Shown: positions 48,273-58,750 of the stretch, in pieces
How the letters are laid out: each line of letters starts with the position of its first letter
How positions within the stretch are numbered: position 1 is the stretch's first letter
Assembly: GCA_044225365.1 (NCBI GenBank)
Contig: JBGAIQ010000007.1
Span: 32,001-96,000, forward strand
Direction of reading: 5' to 3'
From: Planctomycetota bacterium
GTDB lineage: Bacteria; Planctomycetota; B15-G4; JADJEK01
Length of the DNA: 64,000 bases
Translations under genes and position numbers: made by a program
Notes under the pieces: model-generated
The model's input: the letters and a program-made list of their open reading frames with translations, nothing else
The model's database searches: none
Told to the model about the DNA's origin: nothing

Positions 48273-48380
48273 ATCGGGCCTATCGACCGATGGGCAACGC
48301 TTCGATCATCCGAACGACGCTGTTCGCGCTCAGCTCGAAATCTCTCGTGGGCCCAACCACCGGTCGTCGTTCTCGCTCGC

Positions 48381-50900
48381 ATGAGTTCCGTCGCCACGCC
48401 TGACGATTCGCCCGATCGCTTTGCCGAGTTCGCGTTCTGCCTGGCGGGCGCCGCACTCGGACTCGCGCTCGCACGACTCGTCGGCGCATCGGGCGTCTTT
48501 CCCGGAACCGCGCTCGTCGACGAGGTCGTCGGCGCCTTGTCCCGTGAACCACATCGCAAGGCCAACGAGCAAGGATTCGTCTTCGCGGCGTTCGTGCTCG
48601 TTCCGCTTTGCGCGTTCGTTGCGGACCGGATCGCGCGGCAACGAATCGCACGCGATCGCGATTGCGGTGTCGTTCTGGTACTCGCCAGCGTCGTATCGAT
48701 CGCCCTTGGGCTTGGATTCGCACTCGATGCCGGTGCCGAGACGATCTTCGATCCGCTCCGCGCCCAGCGCTCGGCGGCCTACGTTGCACTCGCGATCGGC
48801 GTTGGCATCGGCGCCGCTGCATTTCGATCCCGCGCGCTCACGTGGGTCGGTCGTGTCGCCCGCACCCCCAGAGCGCTCGCGATTGGCGCAGCTCTCCCGA
48901 CACTCGCAATGGCGACACTCAGCGTCGGCGTCTTCGCGCTCGCCGTCGGGCCGCGCATCGCGCCGAACTCACCGCACGGTCTCGGTCGCGACCTCGTGCG
49001 TGTCGGCGGCGCACTGCTCGGCGCCGCCTTCGTGTGTACGGGCATGCGCTGGATCACCCTTGCCCTGTTGCTCGATCCGAATGCGGGGTCGTACGACTCT
49101 TCGCCGGAGTCGCTGAAAATCGTTCGCGTGCGGATCGAGCGCGCGCTGCGCCATACGACCTGGTTGCTCATGGCCGCGCTCGCGCCGACGGATTTCCGTG
49201 TCGTGGGGCTCGCGCTCTCGTTCGCGCTCGTCGGAACCGTGTTCGAGTGCTTGCGCAAGGATGTCCCCCGGGGGAAGACCCCGGGCCGGAACTTCTTCGA
49301 CGCAGTCGCCCTTCCCGCGCTCGTTCTCGTGCTCGTCCTCGATCGCGCGGTGGACGGCCCCATCGATCTCTTCCACGCCGGAGAATGGCTCACTCCCGCC
49401 TACGAGGTCTTTTCCGGCAAGCGACCGTACACCGACGTGTTCTTGCAACACGGTCTGATCCAGAATGCACTGCGCAATGCGATCACGTTCGCTTGGTTCG
49501 ATACGACGTTCGAGGCGAATCGACGCTCCGAAGCCCTCGCGTATGCGCTCACGCACGCGGCCGCTTTCTTCTTCGCGGCACGGATCTACCGTTCGCGATT
49601 CGTTGCGCTCGCGGTCGTGCTCCTCACGGCAGCGAGCGGACTCCATTTCGCCCCGCGATTCGGAGCCGCATTCTTGGCGCTCGCGGCCATTGCGGCGGCG
49701 ATCCGCGGGACCGCCCCGCTCCCTCGATCCTGCGTCGTCGCGGGGATCTTCACGGCGATCGCGTTCTTCTACAGCGTCGACTCCGGTCTCTTCACCAGCG
49801 CGGCGATCCTCGTGTTCCTCGCCCTCGACGCCCGCCACGAAGTGCCGAACTCCGCGGGCCGCGCCTCCGCCGGCGTCGCGTTCGTAACGCACGCGGGTCG
49901 GTTCCTCCTCGGCCTTGCGATCGGAGCGATGCCCTTCGCAGCCTATCTCGCGTCGCAGGGCAGCCTCGCGGCGTGCATCACGAACACCTACGACTCGCTG
50001 CGATTGCAACTGTCCGTGTGGGGGCTTCCATTTCCCTCCCCCGCCCCATCGTCGGCGTCCTTGCGAGGCGCTCTCACCGACCCGGTATGGATCGCGCGTG
50101 CCGCCGCCATCCTCTATCTCTCGGTTCTCTGGGGGTGGAGCATCGCGAAAGGGCCGGCGAGTCCGTTTCGGCGGATCGCATTGCTCCTTGCGATCGCCGG
50201 CGCATGTTGGTTCCGCACCGCGCTCGGCCGCTCCGACGAGGGACATCTGCGGTACGGATCTGTCTTCTTGTGGTTCCTCGCGCCCGCGATCGCCGAGGAG
50301 GTCTTCCATCGGATGCGTAGCGCACGGTGTCCACCGTCGTTCGCCGCCGTGATCGGCTTTGCTCCCGCAACGGCTCTCGCGGGAGCCTTGCTCCTCGGCT
50401 ACGCGCCGATCTACACATTGGCGATGCAGTGGATCCGGTTGGGGCACCCCACGATGCAGGACCCACCACCGGCCTTCGCGCGTCCTCCGCTCCCGAATCT
50501 CGGCAGGGTCCACATTCCTCGCGCGCAGGCGCAAGCCCTCTCGACGCTTCACGACTTCGTCGAAGAACGACTGCTCCCTGGCGAAACGTATTTCGACTTC
50601 ACGAATCTCGGCGCCGCCTACTTCCTACTCGGACGCCACAGTCCGACGCGCTACGTGATGGCCGCCTACGCGGCGACCGTGAAGCAACAACGAGAGGCGA
50701 TCGCTGAGCTCGAGGAGACTCGCCCACGCATGCTCGTCACCAACTCGGAACTTGGCCTCCCGCGAGTCGACGGAATCCTGATGGAGGATCGAGCTCCACT
50801 CGTTGCGGAGTATCTGCGACGGTGTTACGGAACGCCCATTCCTGCGGGCTTCGGGTTCGTTTGCTTCCGCAAGGTCGACGCCGACGTCACCGCCCGTTGA
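48381..50900 (+). CDS. Large polytopic membrane protein, GT-C-like
   Basis: Many TM helices; loop DLFHAGEWL..GKRPYTDVFLQHG; soluble C-terminal YFLLGR.SPTRY domain. Confidence 0.65.
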   Translation: MSSVATPDDSPDRFAEFAFCLAGAALGLALARLVGASGVFPGTALVDEVVGALSREPHRKANEQGFVFAAFVLVPLCAFVADRIARQRIARDRDCGVVLVLASVVSIALGLGFALDAGAETIFDPLRAQRSAAYVALAIGVGIGAAAFRSRALTWVGRVARTPRALAIGAALPTLAMATLSVGVFALAVGPRIAPNSPHGLGRDLVRVGGALLGAAFVCTGMRWITLALLLDPNAGSYDSSPESLKIVRVRIERALRHTTWLLMAALAPTDFRVVGLALSFALVGTVFECLRKDVPRGKTPGRNFFDAVALPALVLVLVLDRAVDGPIDLFHAGEWLTPAYEVFSGKRPYTDVFLQHGLIQNALRNAITFAWFDTTFEANRRSEALAYALTHAAAFFFAARIYRSRFVALAVVLLTAASGLHFAPRFGAAFLALAAIAAAIRGTAPLPRSCVVAGIFTAIAFFYSVDSGLFTSAAILVFLALDARHEVPNSAGRASAGVAFVTHAGRFLLGLAIGAMPFAAYLASQGSLAACITNTYDSLRLQLSVWGLPFPSPAPSSASLRGALTDPVWIARAAAILYLSVLWGWSIAKGPASPFRRIALLLAIAGACWFRTALGRSDEGHLRYGSVFLWFLAPAIAEEVFHRMRSARCPPSFAAVIGFAPATALAGALLLGYAPIYTLAMQWIRLGHPTMQDPPPAFARPPLPNLGRVHIPRAQAQALSTLHDFVEERLLPGETYFDFTNLGAAYFLLGRHSPTRYVMAAYAATVKQQREAIAELEETRPRMLVTNSELGLPRVDGILMEDRAPLVAEYLRRCYGTPIPAGFGFVCFRKVDADVTAR

Positions 50901-52083
50901 GGAGTCGAGTGCGCGGGAGTTCGCCCACGAGCGGGCGAGCGTATTCCAGGAACGGATCGAGGACATCGTTCCCGTCGGGATGGATCCACTCTTGGGGGAA
51001 GCTCTTCGTTACCTTGGCAACGCTGTCGAGCGGCGTCACGAAGTACTCTACGGCGTAAGGTGAATTCGATACCCGCCGCATCGCGACGGATCCGCTCTCG
51101 AATGCGCCCGACGTCGCCGCCTTCACGGCTTCCTCACCGACTCGCCGCGCCTCGCGGGCGTCGCTCTCCGAACGCACTCCCACGAACGATCGCTGTAGAT
51201 AACCGAGCGTGTCGGCTCGTACTCGCGCCTCCTTGCCGAGGGCGCGCTTGACGAACGACGCCAGCAGATCTCCGAGCGACCCCGAACCCGAAAGTTGCAC
51301 GTTGCCGTGCGAGTCCTTCTCCGCCGTCTCGCCGAGCAGCTTGCCGCTCGCATCATGGACACCTTCGGATACGGCGACGACGCATCGCCCCCATCGCTCC
51401 ACGATCCGCTTCACGTCCGCTTCGAAGCGGGGTACGTCGAAGACGATTTCCGGCAAGTACACGAGGTGCGGTCCATCACCGGGGCGCGTCCGCGCGAGCG
51501 CCGACGCGGCGGTGAGGAAACCGGCATGCCGCCCCATCACGACGTCGATCTTGACGCCCGGCAAGGACCGATTGTCGAGATCGTCGCCGATGAACGCAGA
51601 CGCGACGAAGCGCGCGGCGGAACCGTAGCCCGGGCAATGATCAGTGACTCGTAGGTCGTTGTCGATCGTCTTCGGGACGTGGAACAACCGCATGGCGTAG
51701 CCGGCCGAATTCGCCATGTTCGAGAGCAGGTGTGCGGTCTCGGCGGAGTCGTTGCCTCCGATGTAGAAGAAGTAGCGAACGTCTCGCTTGCGACAGATGT
51801 CGAGCACTCGACGGCACTCATCCTCGGTCGGTTTCTTGCGAACCGATCCGAGCGCCGCCGCAGGTGTCATCGCGACGGCCTCGAGATCGGTGTCCGACTC
51901 CGCGGAGAGATCGATGAAGTGATCGGCAAGGATGCCCTTCACGGCATGCACACCGCCGAGGACCTGCGGGATGACGCCGCTCCTCTTCGCGGCCTTCACG
52001 ACGCCGACCAGGCTCTCGTTGATCACGACCGTCGGGCCGCCCGACTGGCCAACGATGGCGTTGCCGCGCAGTACGTCGCCCAT
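50887..52083 (-). CDS. pfp: 6-phosphofructokinase, PPi-dependent type
   Basis: QSGGPT, GGNDS (Asp at the PPi-determining position), PKTIDND, MGRHAG, GYLQRS. Confidence 0.9.
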   Translation of the reverse strand: MGDVLRGNAIVGQSGGPTVVINESLVGVVKAAKRSGVIPQVLGGVHAVKGILADHFIDLSAESDTDLEAVAMTPAAALGSVRKKPTEDECRRVLDICRKRDVRYFFYIGGNDSAETAHLLSNMANSAGYAMRLFHVPKTIDNDLRVTDHCPGYGSAARFVASAFIGDDLDNRSLPGVKIDVVMGRHAGFLTAASALARTRPGDGPHLVYLPEIVFDVPRFEADVKRIVERWGRCVVAVSEGVHDASGKLLGETAEKDSHGNVQLSGSGSLGDLLASFVKRALGKEARVRADTLGYLQRSFVGVRSESDAREARRVGEEAVKAATSGAFESGSVAMRRVSNSPYAVEYFVTPLDSVAKVTKSFPQEWIHPDGNDVLDPFLEYARPLVGELPRTRLLNGR

Positions 52084-52113
52084 GCTCTCCTCGAGTCGAG
52101 CCGCGAGGGCTCC

Positions 52114-53322
52114 TCAGAAATCGTCCGTGCCGTTCGTCTTGTTGTCGCGGCCGGAGTTGTTGCTTCCGCTGTCGATGTAGCCGTCGCTGTCCGTCGCAGT
52201 GTTCAGGAACACGTAGCAGTCATCACCCTGGATCACGATTCCGTTCCCGGAATTGCCCGAGAACTTGTTGGAGCGCAGGGTCACGCGGTTCGCACTCGAG
52301 TCGACGAGTACGCCGTTACCGCCTTGCGATCCGGCCGTGGTCTTCTGGATCGTATTGTCTCGGACACTGCAGCCGTCCGACTTGACTCGCACTCCGGCCC
52401 CGCTGTTGTGGACGATCGTGTTCTGGCGCACATCCACGCCGGATTGATCGTTGTCGATCAGGATCCCGTTTGAATCGTTGTCCTTGATCGTGCATTTCTT
52501 GACGAGGCCACCCGACCAGGTCGTGCTGTCGTTGAGGCCGATCTTGATTCCGACGCCCCCGTTGTTCTGGACGGTGCAGTCGTTGACTTCGCAGGTCCCG
52601 CCGATTCGGATCCCGTCGCCGTCTCCATTCTTCACGGTCACGTTCTTCAAGAGATTGACGAGACCGCTCATGAAGACGCCGGCATCTCCTCCGTTGCTCG
52701 AGACCGTCGAGTTCAGCACCTCCGCGCGGTCGGCTTCGATCCAGATGCTGCGGCCGTCATCTCCCGAGAACGTCGAACTCAGGATCCGATGCGCAGTGCG
52801 GCCAACGATCTTGACGCCGAAGCCACCCTCGTTCTGGGAATCCTCCGACATCGCACCGAACGAGCATTGATTCACGATCACCTCGTCGGTGTTGTCGGCG
52901 TCCACTCCACCGAAATCACCGCTCGCGAAGATCGTCTGCACGAACGCCACGCCGGAACTGTCGCGCACGACGGCCGCGGCGACGCTGTCCGAATGGCTCG
53001 AGCGCAGCTCGAACCCGTCGATCGTCACGAGACTCGCGTTCTCGATGTCGACGCCGCTCGTGATGATCGGTCGCGTCGAAGTGTTGTGTGCGAAGTACAG
53101 CGAGTGCTGGGACGTGCCCGTGAAATCGACGCTGATCTTCTCGTCGTAGATTCCCGGGTTCACGAAGATGAAGTCGTCGACGTCCGGGCTCGCGAGGGCA
53201 GCAGAAATCGCCTGCGAGATCTTGAACGGAGGAGTCACGACGAAATTGGCGGCCCGAGCGACGCTCGGGAGCGCGCTCGCGACGATCGAGGCGAGCACCG
53301 CGGAGAACGAGATGCGGAGCAT
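52114..53322 (-). CDS. Secreted right-handed parallel beta-helix protein
   Basis: Signal peptide; VNPGIYDE; repeated NxxxGIxI / NTI beta-helix rungs. Confidence 0.85.
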   Translation of the reverse strand: MLRISFSAVLASIVASALPSVARAANFVVTPPFKISQAISAALASPDVDDFIFVNPGIYDEKISVDFTGTSQHSLYFAHNTSTRPIITSGVDIENASLVTIDGFELRSSHSDSVAAAVVRDSSGVAFVQTIFASGDFGGVDADNTDEVIVNQCSFGAMSEDSQNEGGFGVKIVGRTAHRILSSTFSGDDGRSIWIEADRAEVLNSTVSSNGGDAGVFMSGLVNLLKNVTVKNGDGDGIRIGGTCEVNDCTVQNNGGVGIKIGLNDSTTWSGGLVKKCTIKDNDSNGILIDNDQSGVDVRQNTIVHNSGAGVRVKSDGCSVRDNTIQKTTAGSQGGNGVLVDSSANRVTLRSNKFSGNSGNGIVIQGDDCYVFLNTATDSDGYIDSGSNNSGRDNKTNGTDDF

Positions 53323-53414
53323 GATGTGATTTCCGATGAGCGACCGAGCGATTCGGGACCGCTACACAGGTTGGCGCGCCGACCTCGGTCGAGATCGATG
53401 GAGCGTCGCAGTTC

Positions 53415-55541
53415 CTATTCGTCCCTGCGACTGTGCAGCGTGGGGGCTGGCGTAAAGCGTACCCCAAACCGACCTCGAAAGTCCTCGAGTCTCGCCGCGA
53501 CCACTGCGGCGGTCCGTCGCAGGGTCTCCGCGATCGGGCCACCGCGGAACGGCGGGAAGCCGGCACCGAGCACCATCGCACAGTCGAGGTCGGACGCGTT
53601 CGCTGTGATTCCCTCGGCGAGGGCGAACGCGGCCTCGTTCATCAGGATGAGCATCATCCGTTCGCGAGCATCTTCGTGGGTCGGAGGATCGCGGACGATG
53701 CCGCGCGCCTGGCGCGCGCGATCGAGCAAGTCGTCGAGCCAGGGAGCCGGGACTCGATTCCCGCCGCGTTGGACCCGGATTCCACCGTTCGACTTGTTAC
53801 CGAGTTTCCCGGCCTCTGCCAGGAGCTTGCCGATCAAGGGTCGACCGAGTCGATCGCCGAGGTAGCTCTGAAGACTCGTGGCCGCAGCCGTGGCGACATC
53901 GAGACCCACGGTATCGAGGACCGCGAGCGGACCCATGGCGAATCCGGCATCGAGCATGAGGTCGTCGATCGTGTCGGGAGCAATGCCCTCCTCGAGCAGT
54001 AGGAGAGCCTCCGAAAGATACGGAGCGAGAACGCGATTCACCAAGAAGCCGGGACGGTCCTTCACGACGATCGGCGTCTTGCCGAGATCACGGGCGATCG
54101 CGATCGCTTGCTTGATTCGCGCCGGGTCCGCACCGTCCGGCGCGACGACTTCCACGAGTGGCATCTTGTCGACGGGATTGAAGAAGTGGAGACCGATCAA
54201 TTCGCCGACGGCAAACGACTTCGCCCCCACCTCGGATACGGGCAGTGACGACGTGTTCGTGAAGCAGAGCATCGCGGGGTCGGAGCTCGCCCGGACCTTC
54301 TCGAAGACGGCGTGCTTCACGTCGATGCGCTCGACGACCGCTTCGATGAGACACCGCATCCCTTCGAGACCGGCGATCGCCGTCGACGCGGAGATGCGAT
54401 CGACGGCCGCCCGCGCATCCTTCTCGCTGCGTCTTCCACGCTTCACTTCGTCGTGGAACGACTTCGCGATCCGCCCCATGCCCGCCGCGAGACTCTTCGG
54501 GTCGACGTCGATGAGTCGCACCGATGCACCGCGCGAGAGGACTTGGCGAGCGATTCCCGAACCCATGACGCCGCCGCCGACGACGGCGACCCGATCGCCC
54601 GCGGCGAGTCCGCGCGCGCCGTCCGCGCCCCGCTTGCTCTGTTCCATCGCGAGGAACAGATCGACGAGCTTGTGAGTCTCCTCGCGCGCGAGCAGCTCGC
54701 CGATCGCCGAAGCTTCGCGTCGATATCCTTCGGTCCGATCGAGCTCGAAGGCGCGATCGACGAGATCGAGGACGAGCATCGGTGCGGGATAGAGTCCGCG
54801 CGTCTTCGCGAGCGTCTTCTTGCGGGCCTGCGAGATCACGAAACGGCGAAGGAACGCGATCCGCGACACGAGCGAGGGGATTCCGCCGCGCGCCTTCGCG
54901 TTGCGAGCGGGCTTGCCCTCGGCGAGTTCGATCGCGTATCGCTCGGCTTCCTCGTCGAGCTTGAACGGACACACGACGTCGTCGACGAGCCCCATCCGCT
55001 TCGCGGCCTTCGCGCGCACGCGCTTGCCGGTCAGGATCATGTCCAGCGCCGCGATCACGCCGACTCGCCGCGGCAACCGCTGTGTCCCGCCGAATCCGGG
55101 GACGATACCGAGCAGTACCTCGGGCAGCCCGAGTTCGGTGCGCGGATCGTCCGCTGCGACGATCCCGTGACACGCGAGCACCATCTCGAGTCCACCACCG
55201 AGGCACGCCCCGTGAACGGCGGCAACGATCGGCCGCGTCGATCGCTCGATGCGGGCGAAGATCGACTGCCCCATCGTCGACAGCCGCACGCCCTCGTCGC
55301 GATCCTTGCATCCGGCGATGCGCTGCACGTCGGCGCCGGCGCAGAAACCGCCGCTCTTTCCGCTCTTCAGTACGATTGCACGTACGCCGGGTCGATCGGC
55401 CGTTTGGCCAATCGCATCCGCGAGTTCCGCGAGCACGGGCTCCGAGAGGACGTTCAGCGGGCGATCGGGCACGTCGAGCACGACGAAGGCGATTCCACTC
55501 GGTCGCACCTCGACGCGCACTGCTGGACTCGCGGGCGTCAT
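53415..55541 (-). CDS. fadJ: Fatty acid oxidation complex alpha subunit (FadJ/FadB)
   Basis: FCAGADV, CLGGGLE, GLPEVLLG hydratase; GGGVMG, NTSSL, HFFNP dehydrogenase; ATGA overlap with thiolase. Confidence 0.92.
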   Translation of the reverse strand: MTPASPAVRVEVRPSGIAFVVLDVPDRPLNVLSEPVLAELADAIGQTADRPGVRAIVLKSGKSGGFCAGADVQRIAGCKDRDEGVRLSTMGQSIFARIERSTRPIVAAVHGACLGGGLEMVLACHGIVAADDPRTELGLPEVLLGIVPGFGGTQRLPRRVGVIAALDMILTGKRVRAKAAKRMGLVDDVVCPFKLDEEAERYAIELAEGKPARNAKARGGIPSLVSRIAFLRRFVISQARKKTLAKTRGLYPAPMLVLDLVDRAFELDRTEGYRREASAIGELLAREETHKLVDLFLAMEQSKRGADGARGLAAGDRVAVVGGGVMGSGIARQVLSRGASVRLIDVDPKSLAAGMGRIAKSFHDEVKRGRRSEKDARAAVDRISASTAIAGLEGMRCLIEAVVERIDVKHAVFEKVRASSDPAMLCFTNTSSLPVSEVGAKSFAVGELIGLHFFNPVDKMPLVEVVAPDGADPARIKQAIAIARDLGKTPIVVKDRPGFLVNRVLAPYLSEALLLLEEGIAPDTIDDLMLDAGFAMGPLAVLDTVGLDVATAAATSLQSYLGDRLGRPLIGKLLAEAGKLGNKSNGGIRVQRGGNRVPAPWLDDLLDRARQARGIVRDPPTHEDARERMMLILMNEAAFALAEGITANASDLDCAMVLGAGFPPFRGGPIAETLRRTAAVVAARLEDFRGRFGVRFTPAPTLHSRRDE

Positions 55542-56833
55542 CGCGCGCTCTCCACGAACGGGTCCGTTGGATTCTCGACCAGCATGGCGACCCCTTGGCC
55601 ACCGCCGACGCACAACGAGGCGATTCCTCGGCGAAGATTGCGCCGTCTCAGTTCGAGGAGCAATGTGAATGCGATGCGGATCCCGGTCGCGCCCACGGGA
55701 TGACCGAGAGCGATCGCGCCGCCGTTGACGTTGAGACGATCGGAAGGAGGAGCGAGGTCGCCGAGCTGCTTCAAGCAGGCGAGCACCTGCACCGCGAAGG
55801 CCTCGTTGATCTCGAACAAGTCGATGTCCTGCGTCGTGAGTCCGTTGCGCGCGAGGAGCTTGGGAATGGCTACGGCCGGTCCGAGACCCATGCGCCGCGG
55901 ATCGCAACCCACGGTTACGCAATCGCGCACGATCCCGAGCGGAGTGCGGTCGAGCTCGCGCGCTTTCTCCGTGGAAGCGACGACGAGCGCTGCGGCTCCA
56001 TCCGTGAGCTGACACGCGTTTCCGACGGTCACCGTCCCGAACCTGCGGTCGAACACCGGCCGCAACCGTGCGAGGCGCTCGGGAGTGGAGTCCGTACGCG
56101 GCCCATCGTCCGCGATCGCAACACTCGAGAAGCGAGGCGGAACGAGGAACGGCGTGATCTCCTCGGCCAGGACGCCCGCCTGTTGCGCGGCAATCGCGCG
56201 CGAATGACTTTGCGCGGCGAAGTCGTCTTGCGCCTCGCGGGGGATCGCGAGTTCACGCGCGAGCACCTCGGCAGTATCGCCCATGATCAACCCGGAGATC
56301 GGATCGGTGAGCGCGCCCATGAGGGTCGGGCGCGGCAGCAGATCCGCGAGCCTCATCCGTGCGATCGCACGCAACTTCGCGAGCGCACCCTTCGCGCGAC
56401 CGAGTTCGATCATGCTTCGGGTTCCGGCTCGCCGCATCTGGAACGGAGCATCGGTCATCGACTCCGCGCCGCCCACCAACCACGGTCCGTCCTGTCCCGC
56501 CGCGACTCGCAATCTCGCCTGATCGATTGCCTCGAGCCCCGACGCGCAATTGCGATGGACCGTGAAAGCGGGCACGCTCTCGGGGATTCCCGCTCGAAGC
56601 GCGGCAACGCGTGCGACATTCATGGCGTCGAGCGGTTGGCCGGCGCAACCCAGCACGACTTCTTCGAGGGCGGATGCAGGCAGTCGAGCACGAACGAGTG
56701 CTTCGATGAAGACGACCCGTGCGAGATCGTCCACGGTCACACCAACGAGTTGACCGAACGACCGCAGGAACGGAGTCCGAACGCCGGAAAGGATCGCGAG
56801 TGGCCGCGAGCGAGCCTGTCGTGTCCCGCTCAT
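55538..56833 (-). CDS. fadI: 3-ketoacyl-CoA thiolase (FadI/FadA)
   Basis: RTPF, NCASG, EINEAFA, GHPVGATG, CVGGGQG. Confidence 0.92.
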   Translation of the reverse strand: MSGTRQARSRPLAILSGVRTPFLRSFGQLVGVTVDDLARVVFIEALVRARLPASALEEVVLGCAGQPLDAMNVARVAALRAGIPESVPAFTVHRNCASGLEAIDQARLRVAAGQDGPWLVGGAESMTDAPFQMRRAGTRSMIELGRAKGALAKLRAIARMRLADLLPRPTLMGALTDPISGLIMGDTAEVLARELAIPREAQDDFAAQSHSRAIAAQQAGVLAEEITPFLVPPRFSSVAIADDGPRTDSTPERLARLRPVFDRRFGTVTVGNACQLTDGAAALVVASTEKARELDRTPLGIVRDCVTVGCDPRRMGLGPAVAIPKLLARNGLTTQDIDLFEINEAFAVQVLACLKQLGDLAPPSDRLNVNGGAIALGHPVGATGIRIAFTLLLELRRRNLRRGIASLCVGGGQGVAMLVENPTDPFVESAR

Positions 56834-57381
56834 CCTTCGTACACCTCGGGCGGAACGACGGCGATGTACGGCAGGTTCCGATAATGCTCGGCGTAGTCGA
56901 GCCCGTAGCCGACGATGAACACGTCCGGGATATCGAATGCGAAGTAGTTCGCTTCGTGCTCGACGGCGCGCGGCTTCTTCTTGTCGACGAGGACACACGT
57001 CTTGACCGACGCGGCGCCCGCCTTCGTGACCGCGGAAGCGATCGCGTGGAGCGTGCGCCCGGAGTCGAGGATGTCGTCGACGATCAGGACGTGCCGCCCC
57101 TCCAGCGACGATTCGAGAGGACCCACCACGACGTTGCCGCTCGACGTCGTGCGATCGCCGTACGACGACGCTCGCAGGAACTCGAGCTTGAGCGGGATGG
57201 GCATGCTCTTCAGCAGGTCGACGAGGAAGAAGACGCTGCCCTTCAAGACTCCGAGCACCGTGAGCGACTGTCCTCGATAGTCCGCGGTGATCTTCGCTCC
57301 GAGGTCGCGGACTTTCTCCTGGATCCGGTCGGCCTCGATCAGCACTTTGAGGCGGTCGTCATGAGAATCTTCTGCGAGCAC
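56830..57381 (-). CDS. hpt: Hypoxanthine phosphoribosyltransferase
   Basis: VLKGS, SSYG, VLIVDDILDSGRT, FIVGYGLDY..YRNLP; GTG start after GGAGG. Confidence 0.96.
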   Translation of the reverse strand: MLAEDSHDDRLKVLIEADRIQEKVRDLGAKITADYRGQSLTVLGVLKGSVFFLVDLLKSMPIPLKLEFLRASSYGDRTTSSGNVVVGPLESSLEGRHVLIVDDILDSGRTLHAIASAVTKAGAASVKTCVLVDKKKPRAVEHEANYFAFDIPDVFIVGYGLDYAEHYRNLPYIAVVPPEVYEG

Positions 57382-57427
57382 GCGTGTCGCCCTCCGTTGT
57401 GAGCGCCTACGAACCGCTCCGCCGACG

Positions 57428-58750
57428 TCACGGGGAACCCTGCCAGCGATACACTTCACCGTCATCGGTGCTCAGGATCACGGGGTTCTCGAACTCGCCG
57501 GCATCGAGCAGATTGCCGCGCAGGACCAAGGTCGCCTGCGACTTCCATCGCGCATCGTAGACCTCGACGGCCCCCCCGAGAGTCGGCAACAGGAATCCTT
57601 TGCCATCGAGGATCGGCCGACTCACGGGGGTTTCCTTGGTCTGGAAATGGAAGACGGTTTTTCCGGTCGCGCTCTGGAACACGAACGCGCGGCCGTTCGC
57701 GAAGACGGCAAGCACTTCCGTGCCCCGTTGGGTTGCACCGACGAATGGGGAGTAACCGTGCGCCCGCCAACGCTCTTCGCCCGTCTCGATGTCGAGCGCG
57801 GCGAGATCCCCCACGGCCGTCGGAACGAGGACCAGCGTCGGCGTTCCGTCGACCCGCAGCAGCGGCTCGGTCACCGACCCGAAGATCTGCTTGTGCCACA
57901 ATTCCGTTCCCCGCGCGAGATCGATCCGTACGACGAGGCCGCGTTGATCGCAGAGCACTGCCGAGCCGCCGTTGAGAAGAGGCGTCCCGAGTCCGAGCCC
58001 CGGCACGGCGCGGTACGCGATCTTCGAACCGAGGGTCGCAGGATCGCAAGCGATGACGAGCCCGGAGGTGGTGACGCCGTAGACCGTCGCACCGTCGGTC
58101 GCGAGAGGCGCGGTGATCATCCCGGGCGGATGCGCGGTCGAGCGCACGCTTCCACTGACGATGTCGAGTGCGACGAGATCGCCGTTGCGAAGCGGCGCGA
58201 TCAGCCGATTCTTTGCCAAGACCCCGCGCGCGGCGAACGGACTGCCGAGCTTCATCGACCACGCCACGCTGCCATCGACGAGGTTGAGCGCCGTGACGTC
58301 GCCGGTGTTCGACGCCGCATACACGCGCGTTGCGTCGTGGATCGCTGCGGCGATTGCGGTGCTGTTCTGATCGACTCCCCAGCGCAATCGCAGATCGGCC
58401 GCGAGACTGCCCGGCTCGACGGGCGGTTGCTCGCGTTGCAGTCGTTCGTTGCGGCGATCGGTTTGCGGATCGACACCGGGCGGGAGCGCGGGCCCGGGAG
58501 GAGCCCCGGGTCCCTTGGGGGGGCCGAGCGGAAAGCCGGGTTTCGGCGGATTCGAGCCAAGCGGGGTCTGGGGTGGCGGAACCGGCTTGTTCCCACCGCC
58601 GGCGCCATTGCCCGCTCCACCCGACCCACCTTGATTGCCGTTCCCGCCGCCGGCCCCCGATCCTCCGGTGCCGGTACCCGCGGCAACGGCCGCCGCGCAG
58701 AGCAGCGAGAGCACGACGAAGGGAAGCAGACGCAATGGCTTCGGGTTCAT
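57428..58750 (-). CDS. Exported PQQ-like/BamB-like beta-propeller with Gly/Pro-rich N-terminus
   Basis: Signal peptide, GTGTGGSGAGGG...PPKPG linker; repeats ALNLVDGSVAW, ALDIETGEERW. Confidence 0.8.
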   Translation of the reverse strand: MNPKPLRLLPFVVLSLLCAAAVAAGTGTGGSGAGGGNGNQGGSGGAGNGAGGGNKPVPPPQTPLGSNPPKPGFPLGPPKGPGAPPGPALPPGVDPQTDRRNERLQREQPPVEPGSLAADLRLRWGVDQNSTAIAAAIHDATRVYAASNTGDVTALNLVDGSVAWSMKLGSPFAARGVLAKNRLIAPLRNGDLVALDIVSGSVRSTAHPPGMITAPLATDGATVYGVTTSGLVIACDPATLGSKIAYRAVPGLGLGTPLLNGGSAVLCDQRGLVVRIDLARGTELWHKQIFGSVTEPLLRVDGTPTLVLVPTAVGDLAALDIETGEERWRAHGYSPFVGATQRGTEVLAVFANGRAFVFQSATGKTVFHFQTKETPVSRPILDGKGFLLPTLGGAVEVYDARWKSQATLVLRGNLLDAGEFENPVILSTDDGEVYRWQGSP

